Positions 1 to 9,303 of a stretch of DNA of 24,000 bases are shown one piece after another. Both the position numbers and the translations under genes were made by a program. Below the pieces are notes generated by a model. That model made no database searches and was not told the origin of the DNA. It saw only the letters and a list, made by a program, of their open reading frames with translations. This DNA is from Avibacterium paragallinarum (GTDB taxonomy: Bacteria; Pseudomonadota; Gammaproteobacteria; Enterobacterales; Pasteurellaceae). Location: the NCBI RefSeq assembly GCF_900450705.1, contig NZ_UGHK01000002.1, forward strand, positions 1,220,970 to 1,244,969, read 5' to 3'. Each line of letters starts with the position of its first letter. Position 1 is the stretch's first letter.

Positions 1-450
1 AATAACCCTTATCTTGACCGCGTGCGTGAGATCGCAGCAAAAGAAGGGGCGGTGGTTGTGCCTGTGTGTGCGGCGATTGAATCGGAAATCGCAGAACTTG
101 ACGATGAAGAAAAAGTGGAATTTTTGCAAGATCTTGGCATTGAAGAACCGGGCTTAAACCGCGTAATTCGTGCGGGTTACGCCTTACTCAATTTGCAAAC
201 CTATTTTACCGCTGGGGTGAAAGAAGTGCGTGCGTGGACAGTTTCCGTAGGCGCAACTGCACCAAAAGCGGCGGCAGTTATTCATACGGATTTTGAAAAA
301 GGCTTTATCCGTGCCGAAGTGATTGCTTATGAAGATTTCATTCAATACAAAGGCGAAAATGGTGCAAAAGAAGCCGGCAAATGGCGTTTAGAGGGGAAAG
401 ATTATATCGTGCAAGACGGCGATGTAATGCACTTCCGTTTTAATGTATAA
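1..450 (+). CDS. ychF: Ribosome-binding ATPase YchF (Obg-like GTPase family), C-terminal part; 5' end lies outside the window
   Basis: Frame 1 is open from base 1 and stops at TAA 448-450. The C-terminal sequence '...[49 protein letters not shown]...[18 protein letters not shown]' is the conserved YchF TGS-like C-terminal domain. Confidence 0.9.
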   Translation, partial: NNPYLDRVREIAAKEGAVVVPVCAAIESEIAELDDEEKVEFLQDLGIEEPGLNRVIRAGYALLNLQTYFTAGVKEVRAWTVSVGATAPKAAAVIHTDFEKGFIRAEVIAYEDFIQYKGENGAKEAGKWRLEGKDYIVQDGDVMHFRFNV

Positions 451-498
451 CTGTTCTTAATGATGCCAATTTAGTCTAAAAAAATAATGAAAAATCTC

Positions 499-529
499 AC
501 CGCACTTTGCAAAAGTGCGGTATTTTTTT
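499..529 (+). terminator. Rho-independent terminator built from an inverted pair of uptake signal sequences
   Basis: ACCGCACTT (499-507) and AAGTGCGGT (513-521) form a 9-bp stem with a 5-nt loop, followed by ATTTTTTT (522-529). It lies 49 nt after the ychF stop. Confidence 0.8.
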
Positions 530-557
530 AGCCCAAATGTTATTAAAGGAAGCAAAA

Positions 558-1457
558 ATGACAATGACAATTCTTGACGGTGGAATGAGCCGTGAATTAA
601 TGCGTTTAAACGCCCCTTTTCGTCAGCCTGAATGGTCAGCCCTTGCTCTTTATGAGTCACCGCAAGCGGTACAACAGGTACACGAAGATTTTATCGCAAA
701 TGGTGCTGAGGTAATCACGACAAATAGTTATGCGGTTGTGCCTTTTCATATTGGTGAACAGCGTTTTGTGGTGGACGGAAAAATACTTGCCGATCTCGCG
801 GGGCGTTTAGCTAAAAGTGCGGTACAAAATAGTGGAAAATCGGTCAAAATTGCAGGTTCATTGCCTCCATTATTTGGCTCATACCGCCCTGCTTTATTTC
901 AACCTGAGCGCGTAAAAGAAGTAGCTCAGCCTATCATTGACGGGCTTTCTCCTTATGTGGATCTCTGGTTGTGCGAAACGCAAAGTGCGATTATTGAACC
1001 TCAATCCATTAAGCCATTATTACCTGATGATCGCCCACTTTGGGTTTCTTTCACTTTACAAGATGAAGATCTCAATCAACCGGCGTGTTTACGTTCAGGC
1101 GAATCTGTGCAAAGTGCGGTGGAAAAAATGATCGAATTGGGTGTCAGTGCGATCTTATTTAACTGTTGTCAGCCAGAAGTGATTGAGCAAGCCTTAGCTA
1201 TTACCCGTGAAACCTTACAAAAACACGGAGCATTACATATTGAAACAGGGGCATATGCCAATGCTTTTGCACCACAAGGTAAAGAAGCAACAGCCAATGA
1301 AGGGCTTGATGAAGTGCGTCAGGACCTCGATCCGCAAGCCTATTTAGCTTGGGCGAAAAAATGGCAACAAGCTGGAGCAACGATTATTGGCGGGTGCTGT
1401 GGGATTGGTTTAGCTCATATTCAGGCACTCTCTCATTATTTCAAACCGCAGATTTAA
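558..1457 (+). CDS. Homocysteine S-methyltransferase family protein (MmuM/YbgG-like, Pfam S-methyl_trans type)
   Basis: 'MTMTILDGGMSRELMRL...ITTNSYAV...LWLCETQS...LFNCCQPE...IIGGCCGIGLAHI' carries the family motifs, including the Zn-ligand cysteines (CET, NCC, GGCC). I prefer ATG 558 (AAGGA at 546-550) over the ORF-track start at 507, which lies inside the upstream terminator. Confidence 0.8.
   Translation: MTMTILDGGMSRELMRLNAPFRQPEWSALALYESPQAVQQVHEDFIANGAEVITTNSYAVVPFHIGEQRFVVDGKILADLAGRLAKSAVQNSGKSVKIAGSLPPLFGSYRPALFQPERVKEVAQPIIDGLSPYVDLWLCETQSAIIEPQSIKPLLPDDRPLWVSFTLQDEDLNQPACLRSGESVQSAVEKMIELGVSAILFNCCQPEVIEQALAITRETLQKHGALHIETGAYANAFAPQGKEATANEGLDEVRQDLDPQAYLAWAKKWQQAGATIIGGCCGIGLAHIQALSHYFKPQI
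815..823 (+). repeat. Uptake signal sequence core (Hin-type USS)
   Basis: Exact AAGTGCGGT. Confidence 0.85.
1112..1120 (+). repeat. Uptake signal sequence core (Hin-type USS)
   Basis: Exact AAGTGCGGT. Confidence 0.85.
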
Positions 1458-1492
1458 ACATTTTAGATAATCTTTTTATAGGAAAGCGATTT

Positions 1493-2903
1493 ATGTCGAA
1501 TAAAAAAATTGGTTTAATTTCACTCACTGCATTAGTGCTGAGTTCTATGATTGGCTCAGGCATTTTCAGTTTACCGCAAAATATGGCAGCGGTGGCAGGC
1601 TCTGAAGCTTTGCTCATTGGTTGGTTAATCACGGGTATTGGCATTATCTTCCTCGGGCTTTCATTCTTTTTTATCTCTCGCCTTAAACCTGAATTAGATG
1701 GGGGCATTTATACCTATGCACGGGAAGGTTTTGGCGATTTAATGGGATTTCTTTCTGCGTGGGGCTACTGGCTATGTGCCACCATTGGCATTGTGGGCTA
1801 TTTGCTTGTTGCATTTGAAGGAATTGGGACTTTTACCGATAATGAAAGTGCGGTGATTTTTGGGCAAGGAAATACGATTGCCTCATTTATTGGTGCGTCT
1901 TGCGTGGTTTGGTTAGTGCATATTCTCATTGCTAAAGGAGTAAAAGAAGCGGCTTCCGTTAATTTAGTCGCCACCATTGTCAAAGTGTTTCCGCTTATTT
2001 TATTTATTGCATTAGCCCTTTGGTTTTTCTCGCCTGATACCTTTAATTTGGACACCAAAGCCACCGCACTCAATAATAGCGTAAGTGATCAAGTCAAAAA
2101 TACGATGTTGATTACCTTGTGGGTATTCACGGGCGTGGAAGGGGCAGCGGTATTATCTGCTCACGCTAAAAACCGAACTGATGTGGGGCTTGCCCACTGT
2201 ATTGGGAATTGTGATTGCGTTAATTCTCTATGTGGCGATCACCGTGCTTTCTTTAGGGCTTTTACCAAGAGAAGCCATTGCTCAAATGGCAAATCCATCA
2301 ATGGCAGGCTTGCTCGAATTGATGATTGGAAAAAGTGGAAAAGTGTTAATTACGTTTTGTTTGATTGTTTCCGTATTGGCTTCATATATTAGTTGGACAA
2401 TGTACTCTGCCGAAGTGCCTTATCGTGGTGCAAAAAATGGGGCTTTTCCGCAAATTCTCAACAAACTTAATCGCAACGATGTGCCAATTAATTCTTTATG
2501 GTTCACCGGTCTTGTTGTGCAGCTTTGTTTATTCCTTGTGTTGCTTACTGGCAAAACCTATGATGCCTTACTACTTATTTCAACCTCAATGATTCTAGTG
2601 CCTTATTTGCTTATCGGAGCTTACTTGCTGAAACTCTCTTTCCAACAATCTAGCCACTGGTACATTAAGTTCACTGGATTTATGGCAACCCTTTACGCTT
2701 TATGGATATTATACGCCGCTGGATTAGATTATTTGCTAATTTCCGTGGCATTATATGTGCCTGGTATTGCACTTTTTCTTTACTCTCGTTACCAATCTCA
2801 AGGCAAACGGCTTAATCTCAATCATTGGGAAAAAGCCCTCCTCGCTATTTTTGCTATCCTTTTTATTTGGGCAATTAAAGTGTTGATGAACTTTGAGTTC
2901 TAG
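1493..2903 (+). pseudogene. Basic amino acid/polyamine antiporter (APA family, ArcD/YdgI-like), interrupted by a +1 frameshift near 2185-2195
   Basis: ATG 1493 is preceded by AGGAAAG. 'MSNKKIGLISLTALVLSSMIGSGIFSLPQNMA...' is a typical APA N-terminus. The reading frame switches after '...SAHAKNRTDVG' and continues in the next frame as '(L)PTVLGIVIALILYVAITVLS...' (ORF 2181-2903). The two ORF-track entries (1349-2392 and 2181-2903) overlap and together give one protein of about 470 aa. The shift maps to a G4 run (2185-2188) or a CCC run (2193-2195). Confidence 0.75.
1846..1854 (+). repeat. Uptake signal sequence core (Hin-type USS)
   Basis: Exact AAGTGCGGT. Confidence 0.85.
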
Positions 2904-2942
2904 TCAATATTAACATAGCTCATATACTTCGGATGATGAATA

Positions 2943-2968
2943 AAGGTCTAGACAGAAAGCTAGACCTT
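2943..2968. terminator. Candidate bidirectional stem-loop between convergent genes
   Basis: AAGGTCTAG (2943-2951) and CTAGACCTT (2960-2968) form a 9-bp stem with an 8-nt loop. The U-tract is weak on both strands (TTTATT on the minus side). Confidence 0.4.
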
Positions 2969-2994
2969 CACCATAAATCTCAAAAGAAATTTCC

Positions 2995-3933
2995 TTATTT
3001 TCCAATCCCATATTGTTTTAACTTATTTGCGATCGCCGTATGCGAAACACCTAATCTCGTTGCTAATTTTCGTGTACTCGGATATTCTTCATAAAATTTT
3101 TGCAATACCCTCGCTTCAAAATTATTCATCATTTCCTCTAATGTTTGGTTAGCAAACTGCTCAATATTGGCAAGAGGGAGTTCTTGCTCAACCAAGTTCA
3201 ATCCCTCAATTGATAACTGATTATTCTCCGCTAGAGAACAAGCACGATAGAGTGCGTTGTACAATTCTCGGACATTTCCTGGCCAAGTATAATGCGTTAA
3301 ATAATTAAGAAATGCGTAGTCAAAATGCGGTGTAGAAATACCTAATTCTTGACTAATCTGTGCCACAAATATTGATACAAACTGTACAATATCTTCTTTA
3401 CGTTCACGCAGAGGCGGAATAGTAAGGCTAAGCACATTAAGACGATGAAACAGATCTTCACGCATTTTACCCTTTTCTACATAGTACATTAATGGAACCT
3501 GAGAAGTGCAAATCACACGCACATCAGCATAATGCTCTTTTTCCTCACCAACGCGACGAAACGTGCCATCATTAAGAAAACGCAACAATTTTGCTTGCAA
3601 ACTTAAAGGTAATTCTGCCACACTGTCCAACAACACGGTTCCACCATCAGCATATTCAAAAAAGCCTTGAGTTTCAGAATGTACATTAGTTCTTCCAAAC
3701 ATTTCACTTTCAGCATCTTCACTTGGTAATCCTGCACAATTTACCGCAATAAATTTATTCTCCCGTCTAGGGCTAGAAAAATGGCAAGATTTAGCAATGA
3801 AATCTTTTCCTGTTCCTGTTTCACCTTGAATAAGTAGTGGAGCATCAAGCAATGCGAATTTTCTTGCTTTTTTTACAACCTCTTTCATTTTCCAACTTTG
3901 TGCAATAATTTCTGCAAAAAAATCAGTATTCAT
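2995..3933 (-). CDS. tyrR: Short-form TyrR transcriptional regulator (AAA+ central domain plus C-terminal HTH, no N-terminal ACT/PAS domain)
   Basis: Walker A 'GETGTGKD' and 'RVICTS...REDLFHRLNV' mark an NtrC-type AAA+ core that lacks the GAFTGA sigma-54 loop. The C-terminal HTH reads 'YPSTRKLATRLGVSHTAIANKLKQYGI'. RBS AAAGGAG lies upstream. A length of about 312 aa matches the truncated TyrR known from Haemophilus influenzae. Confidence 0.8.
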   Translation of the reverse strand: MNTDFFAEIIAQSWKMKEVVKKARKFALLDAPLLIQGETGTGKDFIAKSCHFSSPRRENKFIAVNCAGLPSEDAESEMFGRTNVHSETQGFFEYADGGTVLLDSVAELPLSLQAKLLRFLNDGTFRRVGEEKEHYADVRVICTSQVPLMYYVEKGKMREDLFHRLNVLSLTIPPLRERKEDIVQFVSIFVAQISQELGISTPHFDYAFLNYLTHYTWPGNVRELYNALYRACSLAENNQLSIEGLNLVEQELPLANIEQFANQTLEEMMNNFEARVLQKFYEEYPSTRKLATRLGVSHTAIANKLKQYGIGK

Positions 3934-3971
3934 CTCTATCGCTCCTTTCTATTTTTTCAACTCGCCTTTAT

Positions 3972-4009
3972 TGTAAATATTTTGGACAAGATGGAAAGAA
4001 AATTTTACA
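3972..4009. promoter_or_regulatory. Tandem TyrR-box candidates in the tyrR upstream region
   Basis: 3992-4009 TGGAAA-GAAAAT-TTTACA matches the TyrR box consensus TGTAAA-N6-TTTACA at 11 of 12 positions. 3972-3989 has a perfect left half (TGTAAA) but a poor right half (GGACAA), so it would be a weak box. Both lie 40-75 bp upstream of the tyrR ATG at 3933. Confidence 0.5.
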
Positions 4010-4112
4010 TTGCATTACTATTTAAAATGAATTATCAGAATAATGAGCTATTAGACATAAGAAAATCTTATAACGCCGTATTATGTTAATCATCAACGCC
4101 TCACTTAAAAAG

Positions 4113-5153
4113 TCATTGCTTCAAATTTGACAAGATCTCTTTATAAATATGCTTTAAATGAGGTTTTTCTTCTTTTGTAAAAGGTAGTGGACGGCAAAAC
4201 TCCATTGCTTTAATTCCCAAACGTGCAGTCAAAATACCGACACCAATCCCTTGAGCAAGGCGACCAGAAAGTTTTGCACTTATATCTTGTGAAAGCCAAT
4301 CTATTCCCATCTCTTTAACCATTTCTGTTGCACCAGCAAATACCATATTACCTAAGACCATTCGGAACAAACGCAGACGGCTAAAATAACCCAACTCAAT
4401 ATGATACAACTTAGCTAATTGATTAATTAAATGGATATTCCGCCAAGCCACAAAAAGCATATCAACCACTGCCAAGGGACTGACTGCGACAGCAATCGCC
4501 GATTCAATAGCATTTTTACTCACTAATTTTTTTGCCTCCAAATCAATTGAGGTTAAAACTGTTTGACTGAACATATACATTATTTCTGACGCCGAAAGCC
4601 CATCGCTAATACGAGCCTTCCAACAAATTAATGATTGTGCATCTTGAGGAATTTCTAAAATATTAGTCAGCTCATCACAGATCTTCTTTGCCTCTTCAAT
4701 ATCCTGAATAGAAAAATCCTGACAAAAAACCACCGCACTTTCAGTTAATAAATTCTGGCTTCGTTCTTGTAATCGCATCCTTCTTTTTAATTTTATTAAC
4801 TTATAGCATTCATTAGCTATCGCTACTCCACCTAATGCTAAAATGGTGCAACTTGCACAAGCAAAAGAAAAATAAATCCATTGATGATTTTGCCAACTGT
4901 CGATTAACCATTGTATAGACTGAGCAACTACGCCTACTAAGAAAAACAACATTGAGCCAATTAACCATTTCTTCCACCAGCTCAGGCCTGACTGCACGAT
5001 TTGTGTAAATTGCGTAGATACTTCATCGGCCATCTCTGAATCTATTTTCAGCTCTGCTTCCATTGTAAGATCACTTTGATCAAAAGTTTGCTTAGGAATA
5101 AGTGACGACGATTCCCCTTCCTGAAAGGGGGTATGAAAAATTTCTTTTTTCAT
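4113..5153 (-). CDS. ycjF: YcjF family inner-membrane protein (UPF0283)
   Basis: '...AVSPLAVVDMLFVAWRNIHLINQLAKLYHIELGYFSRLRLFRMVLGNMVFAGATEMVKEMGIDWLSQD...LTARLGIKAMEFCRPLPF' is nearly colinear with E. coli YcjF. It starts 21 nt after the ycjX stop and has a GAAGG RBS. Confidence 0.9.
   Translation of the reverse strand: MKKEIFHTPFQEGESSSLIPKQTFDQSDLTMEAELKIDSEMADEVSTQFTQIVQSGLSWWKKWLIGSMLFFLVGVVAQSIQWLIDSWQNHQWIYFSFACASCTILALGGVAIANECYKLIKLKRRMRLQERSQNLLTESAVVFCQDFSIQDIEEAKKICDELTNILEIPQDAQSLICWKARISDGLSASEIMYMFSQTVLTSIDLEAKKLVSKNAIESAIAVAVSPLAVVDMLFVAWRNIHLINQLAKLYHIELGYFSRLRLFRMVLGNMVFAGATEMVKEMGIDWLSQDISAKLSGRLAQGIGVGILTARLGIKAMEFCRPLPFTKEEKPHLKHIYKEILSNLKQ
4732..4740 (-). repeat. Uptake signal sequence core (Hin-type USS)
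   Basis: Exact ACCGCACTT on the plus strand. Confidence 0.85.
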
Positions 5154-5174
5154 AAAAAACCTTCTAATATTCTA

Positions 5175-6578
5175 TTACGTTAATTTATCCGCTAACAAAA
5201 ATTGTAATACCGTGTCCATTCTAAAATGAGGAATAACACCGCCTTGTTCTAATCGTTGAGGAGAAAATTGATCAAATTCAAATTTCTGTTTTTGCCAAAA
5301 TTGGATATTTGGTAAACGTTTTGGCACTTCCCCTGGATAAACTGTTATTTTTTGTTGATCTATTTGTCTAACCCCTTGAATTGCATTATAAAATTTACCA
5401 TTTTTATTGACCCTCACTTGCTGTGTTGAGCGAACAGAAGCAATTGCCCCATAACTTGTTTCAATTCCTTCATATTCTACATAATGATGCCCATCTTGCA
5501 CGAGATGACGCAACAAACTTATCAAATTGCTCCATTGATCATTTGTAATATGATCCGCTTTTGTTGCAAGAAACATTAATTTATCAATTTTAGGGGCAAA
5601 TAGACGATGAAGTACCGTTCGCTTTCCATAACGAAAGCTTTCAAATAATTGCTTCAACCCCTCTTGCATATCCAAAAAGGATTGCTGACCATAATTTAGC
5701 GAAGTCAAACAATCAGCGAGAATAACTTGACGATCAAATAAAGAAAAATATTGCTTATAAAATTGTTTCACAATATGTTGGCAATAGTAGTTATAGCGTT
5801 TTTCTAGTATTGAAAAATAACTGCCACTCTCCGCTTGCCTTAAACGTTTCCATTGTGCTTCATTTATATGAATCAAAGGAAAAAATTGTACTGCCGGTGA
5901 GCCGTCCAATTCACCAGGTAAAACAAAACGCCCTGGTTGAATAAAATGTAGCCCTTGCTTTTTACAATCTAATAAGTATTGCGTATAACACTTTGCGAGT
6001 TGAGCAAGAACATCCTCATCTGCTTTTTTTGTTAAATCTAGTTTTTGTATTTTTTCTAACCATTGTTGTGCTAACTCCCTACGCATTCCATACATCAATT
6101 GAGACTGTTGCTCACTCCATTGCTGAAAATTCAATTCCAATAAAGGTAAATCTAATAACCATTCGCCAGGATAATCAAAAATGTCTATATATAATGTCCC
6201 CGTTTCTTTTATATGCCGTAAAAAACCAGACTTTTTATAACGAATAGCAAGCCGAATTTCGTGTACACCTATCGTAGAATTTGGCCATATAGGTGGCTCC
6301 TCACCTAAACATTGTAGATTATTCTCATACTCAAAACGAGGAATAGATAAATCACGTTGCTCTACCCGTTTAACCGCTAAAATACGTCTATCACGAGCAG
6401 CATCAAATAAAGGAAGATGGTTCTCATCAGTTGAATTAATGTGTAAAAGTTGGTTGATAAAACTCGTTATAAACGCTGTTTTCCCACTACGACTCAGCCC
6501 TGTTACAGCTAAGCGTAAAGATCGATCAAAACCTCGGTCTATAAGGTTATCAATTTCTTTTTGGATAGAATCAAACAT
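5175..6578 (-). CDS. ycjX: YcjX-like P-loop NTPase
   Basis: The N-terminus '...DRSLRLAVTGLSRSGKTAFITSFINQLL' (Walker A GLSRSGKT) and the 467-aa length match YcjX. It lies directly upstream of ycjF, as in enterobacteria. Confidence 0.9.
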   Translation of the reverse strand: MFDSIQKEIDNLIDRGFDRSLRLAVTGLSRSGKTAFITSFINQLLHINSTDENHLPLFDAARDRRILAVKRVEQRDLSIPRFEYENNLQCLGEEPPIWPNSTIGVHEIRLAIRYKKSGFLRHIKETGTLYIDIFDYPGEWLLDLPLLELNFQQWSEQQSQLMYGMRRELAQQWLEKIQKLDLTKKADEDVLAQLAKCYTQYLLDCKKQGLHFIQPGRFVLPGELDGSPAVQFFPLIHINEAQWKRLRQAESGSYFSILEKRYNYYCQHIVKQFYKQYFSLFDRQVILADCLTSLNYGQQSFLDMQEGLKQLFESFRYGKRTVLHRLFAPKIDKLMFLATKADHITNDQWSNLISLLRHLVQDGHHYVEYEGIETSYGAIASVRSTQQVRVNKNGKFYNAIQGVRQIDQQKITVYPGEVPKRLPNIQFWQKQKFEFDQFSPQRLEQGGVIPHFRMDTVLQFLLADKLT

Positions 6579-6643
6579 TTTATTTCTATATTTTAGTAAT
6601 ATACTTTAAAATTTCCCCATAATGTATCACAAATCCCTGTTTT

Positions 6644-8341
6644 ATGTTTATAAGAAAAATCATTTCAATCATTACATTTATACTTACATTTTTAGCAAGT
6701 GTAGCTATTCAAGCTGCACCAAAAATTCCAGATAGCCTTACTCAAAATGGGCTTATTTATTGTACTCACGCAAATGGTTTATCCTTTAATCCACAAACAA
6801 ATGATGCTGGTACAAATATGAATGTCGTTACTGAACAAATTTATAATAAACTATTTGAAATTATAAATAATAGTTCAATAGTTGAACCCGTATTGGCAAA
6901 AAACTATAGTATTTCTGAAGATGGCAAAACAATTACAATTAATTTACGCAAGGGAATTAAATTTCATCACACAGATTGGTTTACGCCAAGTCGTAATTTC
7001 AACGCAGAAGATGTCGTATTCTCTCTCAATCGAGTTTTACAACGTAATACAGATTTACCCACATTAGAATCCTCAGCAAATTACCAAAACCCGCAATATC
7101 AGGTTTTCCACGAGCAAGCTAGAAAAGTTCATTTTCCTTATTTCGAAAGCATTAAACTCAACGATAAAATTGAATCTATCATCGCAACATCACCATACCA
7201 AGTACAAATAAAGCTATTTCAACCTGATGCCTCTATCCTTTCTCATTTAGCTAGTCAATATGCTATTATTTTTTCTCAAGAATATGCATTACAGCTCAAT
7301 GCCGATGATAACCTATCGCAACTTGACAGCTTACCTGTTGGCACGGGTCCTTATAAAGTCAAAAACTTTGTCAAAAATCAATATATTCGCCTAATAAAAA
7401 ACGAACATTATTGGCGTAAAAAAGGCACACTTAACAATATTATTATTGATCTCTCAACAGATAAAACAGGAAGATTAATAAAATTTTTAAACGGTGAATG
7501 CCAAATTACTTCTATGCCTGATGTGAGCCAACTTGGTATTTTGAAAAAATTCAATGAAAAATATTATCTCAAGTTCACAGAAGGAGTAAATTTATCTTAC
7601 CTTGCTTTTAATTTTGCGAAATCTACAATAAAAGACCCTAAATTACGGCAAGCTATCTCACAAAGTATTAATCGTAGGAGAATCGTTCAACGTATTTATC
7701 ACAATACTGCAAGTATAGCCAATAACATTATCCCGAGTATCTCTTGGGCGGCAACCGTCAATACGCCTGATTTTACTTATGATTATAACCCTCAATTAGC
7801 TAAAGCATTCTTTCAAGATAAACATTTAAAATTAACAATGTGGGTTTTAAATGAAGAGCAATTTTATAACCCCTCTCCTCTAAAAATGGCGGAACTAATA
7901 AAATGGGATTTATCCCAAGTAGGTGTGGATATCAGTATTCTACCTATTACTCGTACTTATTTACTTGAACAATTAAAAAATAACGCTGAAGATTATGATT
8001 TAATTCTTACAGGCTGGTTAGCTGGAAACTTAGATCCTGATAGCTTTATGCGTCCAATCCTAAGTTGCGGTATCTCGAATGATGTCACCAATCTATCAAA
8101 TTGGTGCTATGCCCCCTTTGAGCAAGCAATGAATAAAGGATTAAGTACATCAAACTTACGTGAGCGAGCTAAATACTACAACATAGCCCAAGATATTATC
8201 TTATCTGAATTGCCTATTATCCCTATCGCAAATGCTAAACGGATGTTAATCGCAAATACTAAGGTAAAAGGATTAGAACTCGCCCCATTTGGCAGCATAA
8301 ATTTCACTACCTTATCCTATCAACAAGGAGAGAAACAATGA
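6644..8341 (+). CDS. sapA: Peptide ABC transporter periplasmic substrate-binding protein SapA
   Basis: Signal peptide 'MFIRKIISIITFILTFLASVAIQA|AP' precedes a family-5 (OppA/DppA-like) solute-binding protein. It is the first gene of a five-gene A-B-C-D-F cluster whose ATPases carry Sap-type signatures. Confidence 0.85.
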   Translation: MFIRKIISIITFILTFLASVAIQAAPKIPDSLTQNGLIYCTHANGLSFNPQTNDAGTNMNVVTEQIYNKLFEIINNSSIVEPVLAKNYSISEDGKTITINLRKGIKFHHTDWFTPSRNFNAEDVVFSLNRVLQRNTDLPTLESSANYQNPQYQVFHEQARKVHFPYFESIKLNDKIESIIATSPYQVQIKLFQPDASILSHLASQYAIIFSQEYALQLNADDNLSQLDSLPVGTGPYKVKNFVKNQYIRLIKNEHYWRKKGTLNNIIIDLSTDKTGRLIKFLNGECQITSMPDVSQLGILKKFNEKYYLKFTEGVNLSYLAFNFAKSTIKDPKLRQAISQSINRRRIVQRIYHNTASIANNIIPSISWAATVNTPDFTYDYNPQLAKAFFQDKHLKLTMWVLNEEQFYNPSPLKMAELIKWDLSQVGVDISILPITRTYLLEQLKNNAEDYDLILTGWLAGNLDPDSFMRPILSCGISNDVTNLSNWCYAPFEQAMNKGLSTSNLRERAKYYNIAQDIILSELPIIPIANAKRMLIANTKVKGLELAPFGSINFTTLSYQQGEKQ

Positions 8342-9303
8342 TTTTGTCTTTTTTTAGACATTTAGTCTTATTAGTCATTACACTTATCGCTCTCTCACTC
8401 ATTAGTTATATCGTGCTAATACAAGATCCGTTGAATCAGGTATTATCCACTCCCCATTTTTATTCTGGTTACTTTTTATATATAAAAAATCTATTAAATG
8501 GTGATTTAGGAATTAGTTATAATGGTGGGGATGCATTGAGCAATTTAGTTTTCACTGTACTCCCTCCCACTCTTGAGTTATGTTTTACCGCACTATTACT
8601 TGCAATTTTATTCGGTATCCCGTTAGGATTAATCGGTGCAATCTATCGGACTAATTTATTAGGAAAAGCGATCCAAGTAGCCTCAATTATCGGGCTTTCT
8701 CTCCCTGTCTTTTGGGTTGCCCCTATATTACTATATTCTGCTGCGATTTATGGATGGGAAATTGCTGCCATAGGACAATATAATCTCCTTTACGATATCC
8801 CTTCTATAACAGGTTTTCCTATTATTGATGTATGGTTTATTGAGGTTCCCTATAGAATAAAAGTTATCCAAAATGTGTTACAGCACTTAGTACTTCCCAC
8901 GCTAGTTCTCTCTATCTTACCAACAATGGAGATTATCCGAATTATTAAAGGGCGTGCGGAGTATTTGTTTGAGCAAAGCTATATTAAAATTACCATCACA
9001 AGAGGTTGGTCTTTATGGAGAATACTGCGGGTTCATATTTTACGTAACACACTGCCTCTATTAATTCCACAAATGACAAGGTTATTCACACTTGTTATTG
9101 CACAATGTATGCTAGTAGAAAAAACCTTAGGATGGTCTGGTATAGGGCGATGGTTAATTAATGCGGTAACACAACAAGACTACAATAGTATTTCAGCTGG
9201 CATCATTGTTATCGGATTATGTATTATTATTGTAAACTTATTTACAGAAATACTGATTTTCATTTTAGATCCTCTTAATAAAAAAGGTTGGTATGCAAGA
9301 TAA
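8338..9303 (+). CDS. sapB: Peptide ABC transporter permease SapB
   Basis: ATGA overlap with the sapA stop (8338-8341). The product is a polytopic BPD-type permease of 321 aa. Confidence 0.85.
   Translation: MILSFFRHLVLLVITLIALSLISYIVLIQDPLNQVLSTPHFYSGYFLYIKNLLNGDLGISYNGGDALSNLVFTVLPPTLELCFTALLLAILFGIPLGLIGAIYRTNLLGKAIQVASIIGLSLPVFWVAPILLYSAAIYGWEIAAIGQYNLLYDIPSITGFPIIDVWFIEVPYRIKVIQNVLQHLVLPTLVLSILPTMEIIRIIKGRAEYLFEQSYIKITITRGWSLWRILRVHILRNTLPLLIPQMTRLFTLVIAQCMLVEKTLGWSGIGRWLINAVTQQDYNSISAGIIVIGLCIIIVNLFTEILIFILDPLNKKGWYAR

Noticed and set aside
457-660. 67-aa minus-strand ORF, and the extended 507 start of the methyltransferase ORF
   Set aside because: Both run through the ychF terminator hairpin (499-529). 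The methyltransferase has a properly spaced AAGGA RBS for ATG 558, and family homology begins there.
1349-1492. N-terminal 48-codon extension of the transporter ORF (ORF-track start 1349) overlapping the methyltransferase 3' end
   Set aside because: The extension overlaps the methyltransferase gene in another frame and has no transporter homology. The APA N-terminus 'MSNKKIGLISL' begins at ATG 1493 and has its own RBS.
3898-4089. 63-aa plus-strand ORF in the tyrR/ycjF intergenic region
   Set aside because: The sequence is AT-rich promoter DNA. The ORF overlaps the tyrR start and the TyrR-box region, lacks an RBS and gives an implausible peptide.
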